Shown here piece by piece: positions 12,150 through 21,468 of a DNA stretch of 64,000 nt. Made by a program: the position numbers and the translations under genes. Under the pieces are notes generated by a model that did no database searches, was not told where the DNA came from, and saw only the letters and a program-made list of their open reading frames with translations. Positions within the stretch are counted from its first letter, which is position 1. The number at the start of each line of letters is the position of its first letter. This stretch comes from an uncultured Chloroflexia bacterium. Its GTDB lineage: Bacteria > Chloroflexota > Limnocylindria > Limnocylindrales > CSP1-4. The stretch is taken from contig CAVVJT010000004.1 of assembly GCA_963748625.1 (NCBI GenBank), forward strand, positions 224,001 through 288,000. The letters run 5' to 3'.

Positions 12150-12157
12150 CGCCGCAC

Positions 12158-12245
12158 GGGCGAGTGGCGAAATGGCAGACGCGCCGGCCTTAGGAGCCGG
12201 TGTCCCGTGAGGGACGTGTGGGTTCGACCCCCTCCTCGCCTACCA
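12158..12245 (+). tRNA. tRNA-Leu(TAG)
   Basis: Acceptor GGGCGAG/CTCGCCT + A + CCA; D-loop TGGCAGAC; anticodon arm CCGGC-CT-TAG-GA-GCCGG; long variable arm GTCCC-GTGA-GGGAC; T-loop GGTTCGA (one U-U mismatch in the T stem). Confidence 0.95.
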
Positions 12246-12413
12246 GCCTCCGCTGCGTCAGGGTGAACCCAGGGCTCGATCGCCCACGAGGACGGGCCCG
12301 GACCGCGGCCTCCCCGGACCGGGCGTCATGCGGGGGCCAGCCACCCCCGGAGCCGCGTGTCCATTGCGCACGATGTCGGTCCCCGGCCAGCCCGCGATCT
12401 CGTCACGCAGGGG

Positions 12414-13016
12414 CTACGACTCGGGCGTGGTCTCCGCGCCCTCGGTGGTATGCGCCGGCTTGGCCGCCAATCCCGTCATCCGCTCGCGTACCCGCGCTAG
12501 CTGGGACTCGTACGCGGGCGTCTCCGTGTCGAAGATGTCCTTGGCCAGCTTCTTGCTGTAGCCCAGGATCAGCGGCCGGAGGAACGCGATGGTGGCGAAC
12601 GTCGCCGCGCCACGGAAGGAGCCGCGCTTGCGCAACGGCTCGGTTGTCTCGAGGTACGTCGCGAACTCCCGCTCGAGCAGGCCGCGGACGTGCTCGCCGT
12701 CATCGCCCATGCGCTTGAGCGACTTCTCGATCTCGTCGGGCAGCATCGCCTTGGGCAGCGGCTCCGTCGGCCCCATCACGAGTCGCTTCGCCCCGCGGAA
12801 CACGTGCTTGGGACCCTTCACCGCCAGGAACGCGGCACCGCCGACCAGGCCCGCTGCCTTGACCGGGTGCTTCTTGATCTTGGCCTTGACGTCCACCGCG
12901 GCGCGCGCGGACGCCTCCAGCCGCACGATCTCCTCGCCCAGGGCCTCGCGGGCCGCCAGGACGTCGGCGCGCGCAGCTAGGACAGCGGCCCGTTCGGGAC
13001 TCGTGTCTTCGCCCAT
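12414..13016 (-). CDS. hypothetical membrane-associated protein (DUF3618/YqjD-like N-terminus)
   Basis: Coiled coil AREALGEEIVRL...VDVKAKIKKHPVKAAGLVGGAAFL; overlaps the upstream holin-like gene. Confidence 0.65.
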   Translation of the reverse strand: MGEDTSPERAAVLAARADVLAAREALGEEIVRLEASARAAVDVKAKIKKHPVKAAGLVGGAAFLAVKGPKHVFRGAKRLVMGPTEPLPKAMLPDEIEKSLKRMGDDGEHVRGLLEREFATYLETTEPLRKRGSFRGAATFATIAFLRPLILGYSKKLAKDIFDTETPAYESQLARVRERMTGLAAKPAHTTEGAETTPES

Positions 13017-13972
13017 TCCAGGCTCTCCTTGGCGGTGTCGATGGTGACCTGCGGGATGAAGCGGGCCTTGAGCGCTTCGATGTCGATGCCGGTCCGCTGC
13101 ACGCGGAGCGCCATGAGCACCGTGAACAGCACCCAGAACGCGGCGACGCCCAGGGCGAAGCCGACGCGCAGGCCGAAGGAGATCGAGAGGAACGCGCCCA
13201 GCAGTGCCCCGCCGAACAGGCCCGCGAAGATGCCGATGACCACGGGCTTGGGCCCGCCGCCGACACGGATCCCGACGATCAGGCCGACGACGAGGCCGAT
13301 GGCGGCAACAAGCCCGATGCCCACCACGAGTGGGCGGGTGCCGGGATCGATGCCGAGCGCTCCGACCTCACCCATCCAGGCGAACAGCCGGTTCGGAAGC
13401 TCGAGGCCGAGCACCAGCGCGACGACCAGGCCCAGCACGGAGGCGCCGATCAGGTCCCTGCCCAGACCGGGCACGCGCAAGGCGACAAGGATCAGGGCGA
13501 CCGCGACGGCGATGAGGCCGAGCGTGCCGTGGAGCAGGCCCCAGCCGATGGACCCGAAGATCCACTCGCCAGCGAACAGCATCCCGCCGATCGGCAGGAA
13601 GAACGCGAGCAGGATCGCGAGGGCGACGGCGCCGATGCCGAGGGCCGAGGCCCGCGTGACCTCGTCCTTGATGAGGTCAAACTCGGTGCGGGCCAGCTCG
13701 ATGTGTGCGTTGAGGAAGCGCACGACCGCGTTCTTCACCGCCGTGATCTGGGCGCGCAGGCCCGGCGGCTCCTCGCGCGTGCGCTTGCGGGTGCCCGCAG
13801 CGCCGGGCTGAGGCCCCGTGGAGCCGGCGCCAGGTCCGGCGGGACCGGGTGCAGGTCCGGCGGGACCGGGTGCAGGTCCGGCGGGATCCGGTGCAGGTCC
13901 GGCGGGATCCGGTGCAGGTCCGGCGGCGCCGGGCTCGGGTCCTGCGGACTCGAGCGGCCGTTCGGGATCCAG
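12977..13972 (-). CDS. extended phage-holin-family (superfamily III-like) membrane protein, probable CTG start
   Basis: HIELARTEFDLIKDEV motif and C-terminal PQVTIDTAKESLEWAK; the frame stays open upstream of GTG 13738 to a CTG at 13972 preceded by GGGGAGG at 7-nt spacing. Confidence 0.7.
   Translation of the reverse strand: MDPERPLESAGPEPGAAGPAPDPAGPAPDPAGPAPGPAGPAPGPAGPGAGSTGPQPGAAGTRKRTREEPPGLRAQITAVKNAVVRFLNAHIELARTEFDLIKDEVTRASALGIGAVALAILLAFFLPIGGMLFAGEWIFGSIGWGLLHGTLGLIAVAVALILVALRVPGLGRDLIGASVLGLVVALVLGLELPNRLFAWMGEVGALGIDPGTRPLVVGIGLVAAIGLVVGLIVGIRVGGGPKPVVIGIFAGLFGGALLGAFLSISFGLRVGFALGVAAFWVLFTVLMALRVQRTGIDIEALKARFIPQVTIDTAKESLEWAKTRVPNGPLS
13830..13925. repeat. 21-bp coding tandem repeat (about 4.5 copies; PAGPAP[G/D])
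   Basis: gcaggtccggcggga(c/t)c(g/c)ggt repeated. Confidence 0.85.
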
Positions 13973-14059
13973 CGGTCGTCCTCCCCTGGGAATGGATGAT
14001 GCACGTCGGGACAGGGGCGATCATACCAGCGTGCCCGGCGCAGCCTGTACGCTCCGACG

Positions 14060-15307
14060 ATGCAGCCCGAACCCGCCACCCCATCCACGCCCGCCGGGCG
14101 CCGCATCCTCGCCGCAGAGCTCCTCGCGATCGGCACAGAGCTCACCGTCGGTGAGACGGTGGACACGAACAGCGGCGAGATCGCCCGATCGCTCGTCATG
14201 CATGGCGTCCACGTCACCCGCGTGGCCGACCTGCCCGACGATCTCGAGGTCGTCGTGGACGCGCTCCGGACGGCGCTGCTGCGCGCGGACGTCGTCGTGA
14301 CCACCGGGGGCCTGGGTCCCACGCCCGACGATCTCACGAGGGAGGCCGTGGCGGCGGTCTGTGGGGAGGACGTCGTGGTGGACCCGACGATCCTCGCCTG
14401 GCTTGAGGAGCTCTGGGTCCGGCGGGGCATCCCCTTCCCGGCCGTCAACGCGAAGCAGGCCTGGCTGATCCCGTCAGCCACCTCGCTGCCCAACCCGAAC
14501 GGGACGGCGCCAGGCTGGTGGGTGGATCGCCCGGACGGCCAGGTCATCGTCCTGCTGCCAGGCCCGCCGCGCGAGATGCGGCCGATGTGGGCCGAACAGG
14601 TGCTCCCCAGACTCGCCGCGCGCGCCGTGGGTGCGGAGAGCGAGGTCCGCACGCTGCGTCTGCACGGTGTCGGCGAGTCCCAGGTGGCCGAGCTGCTCGG
14701 CGAGCCCTTGCTGCGGGCCGGCAACCCGGTCGTGGCGACCTACGCCCGGAGGGATGCCGTCGACGTGCGCATCTCTGCTCGCCCAGCCGATGGGCGGACG
14801 GCAGTGGTGATTGCGGACGGGGCCGAGGCGGCCGTGCTCGCCGTGCTCGGTGACAAGGTCTGGGCCCGCGGCGCGACCACCTGGAGCGAGGCCATCACGG
14901 CGGCGCTCGCCGCCCGCGAGTGGACGCTGGCCACCACCGAGGCCGGCACCGGCGGCGCGCTCGTCGTCCTGCTCCGGGACATGCCGGCCCTGCAGCGCGC
15001 CGAGGTCACGGCGCTCCCGCCCGACGCCGCCCCTGCGACCGATCCAGCGTTGCTTGCCACGGCTGAGGCAGCGCGGGACGCGGGCACGGCGGCGGTCGGC
15101 ATGGCAATCCACGCCACGCCCCAGGGCAAGGACCTCGACGTGCGGATCGCGATCGTGACGCCGGACGGGTCCCGGACCGCTCGGCGGCTGGCGTTCACGC
15201 GCGGGTCATACGGTGCGGACCGGGCGGCCCTCGCGAGTGCGGCCGTGCTGCTCGAGACGCTGCGCGGGTCGGGGGCCGACGAGCAGCGCGACCTCCGGGT
15301 CAGGTAG
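14060..15307 (+). CDS. cinA: competence/damage-inducible protein A (CinA; molybdopterin-binding-like domain plus degenerate PncC domain)
   Basis: AIGTELTVGETVDTN, TTGGLGPTPDDLTRE, NPNGTAPG, LPGPPREM, GVGES; C-terminal TEAGTGG in place of AESCTGG. Confidence 0.88.
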   Translation: MQPEPATPSTPAGRRILAAELLAIGTELTVGETVDTNSGEIARSLVMHGVHVTRVADLPDDLEVVVDALRTALLRADVVVTTGGLGPTPDDLTREAVAAVCGEDVVVDPTILAWLEELWVRRGIPFPAVNAKQAWLIPSATSLPNPNGTAPGWWVDRPDGQVIVLLPGPPREMRPMWAEQVLPRLAARAVGAESEVRTLRLHGVGESQVAELLGEPLLRAGNPVVATYARRDAVDVRISARPADGRTAVVIADGAEAAVLAVLGDKVWARGATTWSEAITAALAAREWTLATTEAGTGGALVVLLRDMPALQRAEVTALPPDAAPATDPALLATAEAARDAGTAAVGMAIHATPQGKDLDVRIAIVTPDGSRTARRLAFTRGSYGADRAALASAAVLLETLRGSGADEQRDLRVR

Positions 15308-15375
15308 CGCCCCGTCCCGCCGCTGCCTGGCGGGTCCCCCTCCGCGCTGCGGCGCCCGGTTGCGCCCCGGTGGCG

Positions 15376-15484
15376 CCCCACGTATGGGGGGAATCGAGGG
15401 ACTCCTCGATGAGCTGCAGGCCCGGACTGTCGGTTCGTGGGTTGATCCCCGTGGGCTGCGGCTCGTATCGCCCCATGGTTGGGG
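15376..15484. repeat. TIR mini-element family B, copy 1
   Basis: CCCCAcgtaTGGGGGGAA...ATCGCCCCATggtTGGGG; highly similar to the reverse complement of 56165-56272. Confidence 0.8.
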
Positions 15485-15715
15485 GATGGAGGCGTGTCCC
15501 CCCCGACGGGGCGCCGACCCCCGTGTCGGCCAGCAGTGCTGCAACGGGTATCCGGGCGGGGGCGCCGATATCGCACCACCCACTCACTCGGCTGGTGCCT
15601 GCACCTGGAGTGGGGCGTCGGCGCGGATAGCAGCAGCCCCAGCGCTAGCTGACGCAGCCCAGCTGTAGTACGGCGGACCGGGCGAGGCGCGACGAACGGC
15701 GGACCGGGCGAGTCG

Positions 15716-16432
15716 CTACCGGCGCGCTGCCCGCTTCAGCCCCGGGAGATCGGTGACCACGATCGCGTCGCGTTCCATCCGGATCAGGCCGTCATCGATG
15801 AAGTAGCCCAGCAGCTTGTTGACGCTCTGACGCGTACTGCCCACCATCGCAGCGAGCTCGCCCTGCGTGATCGGTCCGGCCAACCGGATCTCGCCGCCGC
15901 CGATCGGCGTTCCCTGCTCTTCGGCGAGCCGTGCCAGCCGTGCTCCGAGGCGACCGGTGATGTCGAGGAAGTGGAGCTCCTCGACGTGGGTGGTGAGGCG
16001 GCGGAGCTCCCGGGCGAGCTCGGCGAAGACGTGGTCGCGGATCGCGGGTGAGTCATTGACGAGCTCGCGGAACCGGTCCCGTGGCAGGATGAGGGTCTCG
16101 GTCGGCTCCGCGGCGGTCGCGGACGCCGAGCGGGGCGAGCCGTCGAGGAGGGCCAGCGACCCGAAGAACTCGCCCGGGCGCAGCGTCGCAAGGATCGCCT
16201 CCACGCCGGCGTCCGACGGACTCGAGATCTTCACCCGGCCCGACAGGATGATCAGCAGCGCGTCGCCCGGATCGCCCTGGTGGAAGATCACCTCACCGCG
16301 CCGGTAGCGGCGGGTTCGCAGGACGGACGCGAGCGCGTCAAGCTGCTGCTCGCCGAGGTCCCGGAAGATCGGGACGCACTCGATAGCGGCACGCAGCGCA
16401 ACCGGATCGGGGGCTGGGCGGACCTGGGTCAC
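15716..16432 (-). CDS. Crp/Fnr family transcriptional regulator
   Basis: cNMP-binding domain (IFHQGDPGD, GEFFGSLALLDGSPRSA) plus HTH (TQGELAAMVGSTRQSVNKLL). Start is GTG 16432 or 16480. Confidence 0.92.
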   Translation of the reverse strand: MTQVRPAPDPVALRAAIECVPIFRDLGEQQLDALASVLRTRRYRRGEVIFHQGDPGDALLIILSGRVKISSPSDAGVEAILATLRPGEFFGSLALLDGSPRSASATAAEPTETLILPRDRFRELVNDSPAIRDHVFAELARELRRLTTHVEELHFLDITGRLGARLARLAEEQGTPIGGGEIRLAGPITQGELAAMVGSTRQSVNKLLGYFIDDGLIRMERDAIVVTDLPGLKRAARR

Positions 16433-16499
16433 GGCTGGGATCCTATCCGGTGCAGGCGCCAGCGCGGCGGGGTGTGGCACAGCGCGCGCTAGCGCTCCG

Positions 16500-16576
16500 G
16501 TCGAGCGCCGTCGGCATCCTGGTCAGGGCCGTCGGGATCCCGTCGAGCGCCGTCGGCATTCCGGTCAGGCCCGTCA
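16500..16576. repeat. 42-bp tandem duplication with 21-bp sub-periodicity
   Basis: gtcgagcgccgtcggcat(c/t)c(t/c)ggtcagg at 16500 and 16542. Confidence 0.7.
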
Positions 16577-16617
16577 GCAGTGCGTTGCGATGGCCGTCGG
16601 CGTCTGGTCGCCTGGGC

Positions 16618-17694
16618 CTAGGAGATCGTGAGGACGGGCGTCTGGTTGGACGCCGCCCGCACGCTCATCCCGGCCGCAACAAGCCCGGCCATCGCCTCGA
16701 GGGCCAGTGCGGCAGGACCCGGCTCCCGCTGGGCGACCGCCGGCACGCCGGCATCACCGCCCTGGCGCACCGTCACGTCGAGCGGGATCTTGCCCAGGAA
16801 CGGCAGGTTGTGCTGCTGCGCGAACCGCTCGCCGCCGCCGTGCCCGAAGATCTCGGTGACATCGCCGCAGTGCGGGCAGACGAACGCGCTCATGTTCTCG
16901 ACGAGACCGATGACCGGCACGTTGAGCCGCTGCAGCATGGAGAGGGCCTTGGCGACGTCCGAGAGCGCCACGTCCTGGGGCGTGGTCACCAGGACCACGC
17001 CGCTGATCGGCACGGCCTGGGCCAGCGTCAGCTGCGCGTCGGACGTGCCGGGCGGCAGGTCCACGACGAGGTAGTCCAGCTCGCCCCAATCGACATCCCG
17101 CAGGAACTGGCTGATCGCCCCGCCGATGAGCGGGCCGCGCCACACGATGGGCTGGCCTTCCGGCACGAAGAACTGGATCGAGATCACCTTCACGCCATGG
17201 CGCTCCAGCGGCAGGATCTTGTTGCTGGGCGAGGCGCCCGGCTGCCCGTCGATGCCCATCATCATCGGGATGTTGGGCCCCGTGATGTCCGCGTCCAGCA
17301 GGCCGACGGTGGCTCCCGCCTTGGCCAGGGCGACGGCAAGGTTCACGGACACGGTGCTCTTGCCCACGCCGCCCTTGCCCGACGCCACCGCGATCACATT
17401 CTTGACCCCGGGCACGAGCTGCTCCGCGGAGCGGGGTGCGGCGCGACGGACCGTGGCCCCCCACTCGAGCGCGATCCCCTGCACGCCGACAGGCGCCAGC
17501 GCGCGGCGGACCTCGGCCTCGATCTGGTCCTTGAGCGGGCAGGCCGGGGTGGTGAGCTCGATCGTGAAGGCCACGTCGGATCCATCGATCCGGAGATCCT
17601 TGATCATGTTCCGGGTGACGAGATCGCCCCCCAGCTCGGGCTCCTGGACGGTGCGCAGGGCGGCGAGGACGGACGCTTCGGAGACGGTGCTCAT
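16618..17694 (-). CDS. mrp: Mrp/NBP35 (ApbC) Fe-S cluster carrier ATPase
   Basis: N-terminal DUF59 (LTTPACPLK), ASGKGGVGKST, DLPPGTSD, ENMS..CPHCG. Confidence 0.95.
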   Translation of the reverse strand: MSTVSEASVLAALRTVQEPELGGDLVTRNMIKDLRIDGSDVAFTIELTTPACPLKDQIEAEVRRALAPVGVQGIALEWGATVRRAAPRSAEQLVPGVKNVIAVASGKGGVGKSTVSVNLAVALAKAGATVGLLDADITGPNIPMMMGIDGQPGASPSNKILPLERHGVKVISIQFFVPEGQPIVWRGPLIGGAISQFLRDVDWGELDYLVVDLPPGTSDAQLTLAQAVPISGVVLVTTPQDVALSDVAKALSMLQRLNVPVIGLVENMSAFVCPHCGDVTEIFGHGGGERFAQQHNLPFLGKIPLDVTVRQGGDAGVPAVAQREPGPAALALEAMAGLVAAGMSVRAASNQTPVLTIS

Positions 17695-17874
17695 CGGGAC
17701 TGGTCGTGCTCCATGTGGGACCTGCGGCCCGGGATGGCGGACGCTCGGGCCGGTTCTATCGTACCTGTGGGTCCGCGGCGACGCCGCCGGGCATCGCCCG
17801 CGCTGGAAGCGGCCTGCCGCAGCGCTTGTCGGCCAGTACGCCGTTTGCACGATGTCCAGTCCCCTTCTCGTCCA

Positions 17875-17956
17875 AACCGTGCGAATCTCGTAACACATCG
17901 GTCGCGAACCGTGCGATGTCGTGACCTTGACACCCCACGCGGAGGCACCCTATCGT
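17875..17956 (+). promoter_or_regulatory. sigma70-type promoter for the pot operon with upstream direct repeats
   Basis: TTGACA (17927) -18 nt- TATCGT (17951); AACCGTGCGA at 17875 and 17907. Confidence 0.6.
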
Positions 17957-18061
17957 GCGTCCGTCCAACATGGGTGCGGCTCGTAGCCGCGACCGACGTG
18001 GAGACCCGTCCCGCCTCCCGTTCGTCCCCATTCGCCCATCTGCCTGGAGCAACTCCTGCCC

Positions 18062-19189
18062 GTGCCCTCCATCGACGTCCGTCTTGTCCAGGTCACGAAG
18101 GCGTACGGGGATGTGCTGGCGGTCGACCACATCGACCTCGAGGTCGAGAAGGGCGAATTCTTCAGTCTCCTCGGGCCATCCGGATGCGGGAAGACCACCA
18201 CGCTGCGCATGATCGGCGGCTTCGAGCAGCCGACGTCCGGGCTCATCGAGCTGCAGGGCGCGGACGTCACGTGGCTGCCCCCGTACCAGCGCCACGTCAA
18301 CACGGTCTTCCAGAACTACGCCCTGTTTCCGCACCTGACGATCTACGAGAACGTCGCGTTCGGCCTCCGCCGGAAGGGCGTCAAGGACACCGAGGTCAAG
18401 GCGCGCGTCACTGAGATGCTCCAACTGGTGGAGCTCCCCGGCTATGAGAAGCGCAAGCCCACCCAGATCTCGGGTGGCCAGGCGCAGCGTGTCGCGCTCG
18501 CCCGCGCGCTCATCAACCGGCCTGCCGTCCTCCTGCTCGACGAGCCCCTGGGCGCCCTGGACCTCAAGCTGCGCAAGCAGATGCAGCTGGAGCTCAAGCA
18601 AATCCAGAAGGAGGTCGGGATCACGTTCATCTACGTGACCCACGACCAGGAGGAGGCGATGACGATGTCGGATCGCATCGCCGTGATGAACAAGGGCCAC
18701 TACGAGCAGTTGGGTGACCCCGAGACCCTCTACGAGCGGCCGGCCACGAAGTTCGTCGCAGGCTTCCTCGGCGTCTCCAACCTCCTCGGGGGTGAGTGCC
18801 AGGGCACCGCCGATGGCAAGGGCATCATCCAGCTCGCCGATGGGGCGATCGTGCATGCCCCGGCAGGCGCCGTCTACGGCAAGACAACGGTGGACGTGGG
18901 CGTCCGGCCCGAGAAGATCCGCCTGCATGAGCTCGACGAGCCCACCCCGGCCGGGCACAACCATCTGACCGGAACGGTCGTGGACGCCTCGTACTTGGGC
19001 GTCAGCACCTCATACATGGTGGACACCGACGGTGGAAGCCGCGTCATGGTGTACGAGCAGAACCGCGAACGCACGACGAAGGACGAGCTGTGGGAACGCG
19101 GTGACAAGGTGCATCTCACCTGGTCGCCCGACCACACCTTCGTCGTCGAGGCGACGGGCGACAGCGCCCCGCCGCCGGACGCCGAATAG
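18062..19189 (+). CDS. potA: polyamine ABC transporter ATP-binding subunit
   Basis: [42 protein letters not shown]-like tail. Confidence 0.92.
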   Translation: MPSIDVRLVQVTKAYGDVLAVDHIDLEVEKGEFFSLLGPSGCGKTTTLRMIGGFEQPTSGLIELQGADVTWLPPYQRHVNTVFQNYALFPHLTIYENVAFGLRRKGVKDTEVKARVTEMLQLVELPGYEKRKPTQISGGQAQRVALARALINRPAVLLLDEPLGALDLKLRKQMQLELKQIQKEVGITFIYVTHDQEEAMTMSDRIAVMNKGHYEQLGDPETLYERPATKFVAGFLGVSNLLGGECQGTADGKGIIQLADGAIVHAPAGAVYGKTTVDVGVRPEKIRLHELDEPTPAGHNHLTGTVVDASYLGVSTSYMVDTDGGSRVMVYEQNRERTTKDELWERGDKVHLTWSPDHTFVVEATGDSAPPPDAE

Positions 19190-19223
19190 GCCAACCCCGG
19201 CTCGCCAAGGAGGAGGAGCACCC

Positions 19224-20415
19224 GTGGCACCCGAGCAGCTCAACGTGATCGTCAGCTCGCCGGCAGGTCCTGGCCGGCACCGCGCTCGCCGGCATGGCGG
19301 CCTTCCTGGCCGCGTGCGGTACCAGCGGGAGCGGCGGAGGCAGCGGGAGCGCCACCGAGGCACCGGCTGCCTCGTCCGGCGGCGGGGGTGGTGCCGCATC
19401 GACCCAGTGCAACTGGGCGAACTGGGCGTACTACATCGACGTCGCCGAGGACGATGCCACGGCGCACCCGTCGATCGCTGCGTTCACCGAGGAGACCGGC
19501 ATCGCGGTCAGCTACGACGAGGTCATCGAGGGCAACGAGGAGTTCGTCGCAACGATCAAGGACGCGCTCAACACGGGCAAGGACACCGGCTGGGACATCA
19601 TCACGATGACCGACTGGATGGCCGCCCGCCTGATCCGCCTCGGCTGGATCGAGGAGCTCCAGAACGTCCCGAATGTCACCGCGAATCTCAAGGCCGTCTA
19701 CAAGGACGTGGACTGGGATCCCAATGCCGCGCACCACGCCCCGTGGCGCTCCGGCATGACCGGCCCCGGCTTCGACAAGGACGCCGTCGGCGACATCACC
19801 ACGCTCGACCCGCTGTTCACCGCGAACGAGAAGTGGAACGGCAAGGTCGAGTACCTCTCCGAGATGCGCGATGCCGTCGGGCTCGCGATGCTGTTCAACG
19901 GCGACGACCCCTCCAAGCCCACCCGCGAGGCCTGTGACAAGGCGATCGCGCTGATGCAGAAGGCCAAGGAGGACGGCGTCATCCGCGACGTCAAGGGGCA
20001 GTCCTACACCGAGGACCTCAAGAGCGGCGACGCCGTCATCTCGATGGCCTGGTCAGGCGACATGGTGCAGGCGCAGCTCGACAAGCCGTCGCTGGCGTTC
20101 GTGCTTGCCGAGCAGGGCGGCATGCTCTGGACGGACAACATGATGATCCCCAAGGCCGCCGCCCACCGCGACGCCGCGGAGAAGCTCATCGACTACTACT
20201 ACGACCCCGAGGTCTCGGCGCTCGTGTCGGGTGCCGTGGACTACATCTCCCCGGTGAACGGCTCGGACGAGCTGCTGCCGGCCGAGAAGAAGGACAGCCC
20301 GCTCATCAATCCTCCCCAGGACTGGATGGACCGGCTGTACATCTTCGGCGCCCTGTCCGAGGAGGACGAGGCCTACTTCAACGAGGAGTTCGCGAAGGTG
20401 ATCGGGGTCGCCTGA
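19224..20415 (+). CDS. potD: polyamine ABC transporter substrate-binding Tat lipoprotein (1-nt insertion at about 19257)
   Basis: Strong SD before GTG 19224; removing T19257 gives VS-RRQVL (Tat motif)...LAAC (lipobox); NWAYYID, MAWSGD, LWTDNM are PotD/PotF motifs. Confidence 0.88.
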
Positions 20416-20452
20416 TCCCGTTGCACCACCGGTCCCCGCACGAGGTCCCTCC

Positions 20453-21466
20453 GTGGGCGTCTGGCTGAAACGGCATTCCTGGATCACCCCGTTCGCCCTG
20501 CTTGCGCCGGGCATGCTCTGGCTCACGCTGTTCTACGTGTGGCCGAACCTCCAGATGTTCATCGCGAGCTTCTGGAGCGGGTCCCTCGAGCAGGGGTACA
20601 CCTTCTCGTTCGACAACTACACGAACTACACCGAGGCGTTCGCCCAGTACTGGCCGTTCTACCTGCGCTCGATCATGTACGCGGGAGCGGCGACGCTGCT
20701 GACGTTCCTCATCGCCTATCCGCTCGCGTACACGATCGCGACCAAGGGCGGCCGCCAGAAGAACCTCCTGCTCTTCATCGTGGTCGCCCCGTTCTTCACC
20801 AGCTTCCTGCTGCGGACCATCGCCTGGAAGCTGATCCTGTCTGACTCGGGCGTGCTGCTCGGGCCGCTCAAGGACATCGGCCTGGTGCCGGAGGAGTTCC
20901 GCCTCCTCGCGACGCCCGTGGCCGTGATCTCCGGCATCACCTACAACTTCCTGCCCTTCATGACCCTGCCGATCTACGTCGCGATCGAGAAGGTGGACGG
21001 CAGGCTCATCGAGGCGGCGAAGGACCTCTACGCCGGACCCTGGCGCCCGGGAGGCCTGCTCGTGGGAGGCCTGGTCGGCGGCATCCTGGCCGCGGTCCTT
21101 GGTCTCATCTTCGACTGGTCCGTACCGGCGATGGCGCTGCTGGGCGGGACCGCCGGTGCGATCGTAGGCTGGTTCCTCGTGTCCGAATCGTTCGTGCGGG
21201 TGATGTTCCCGCTCTCGTTACCGGGCGTGTTCGCCGGTTCCCTGCTCACCTTCATCCCGGCCATCGGTGATTACGTGAACGCGGACTTCCTGGGCAACAC
21301 CGAGACCAAGATGATCGGCAACGTGATCCAGAACAAGTTCCTGACCCAGAACGACTATCCGGAGGCCTCGGCGCTGTCGTTCATGCTGATGGCGGGTGTG
21401 CTCGTGTTCGTGGCCATCTATGCCAAGGTCCTCGGCACCGAGGACGTGGCCACGGGGAGGCTCTAG
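20453..21466 (+). CDS. potB: polyamine ABC transporter permease with an inserted hydrophobic hairpin
   Basis: IAYPLAY, PFFTSFLLRT, YNFLPFM, EAAKDLYA...FPLSLPGV, FIPAIGDY. Confidence 0.9.
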   Translation: MGVWLKRHSWITPFALLAPGMLWLTLFYVWPNLQMFIASFWSGSLEQGYTFSFDNYTNYTEAFAQYWPFYLRSIMYAGAATLLTFLIAYPLAYTIATKGGRQKNLLLFIVVAPFFTSFLLRTIAWKLILSDSGVLLGPLKDIGLVPEEFRLLATPVAVISGITYNFLPFMTLPIYVAIEKVDGRLIEAAKDLYAGPWRPGGLLVGGLVGGILAAVLGLIFDWSVPAMALLGGTAGAIVGWFLVSESFVRVMFPLSLPGVFAGSLLTFIPAIGDYVNADFLGNTETKMIGNVIQNKFLTQNDYPEASALSFMLMAGVLVFVAIYAKVLGTEDVATGRL

Positions 21467-21468
21467 CG

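Noticed and set aside
12158-12260. tRNA-Leu as an integration site or island boundary
   Set aside because: No integrase and no duplicated tRNA 3' end noticed elsewhere in the window.
12977-13972. Holin-like gene as evidence of a prophage
   Set aside because: No endolysin, structural or replication phage genes; this family is commonly chromosomal.
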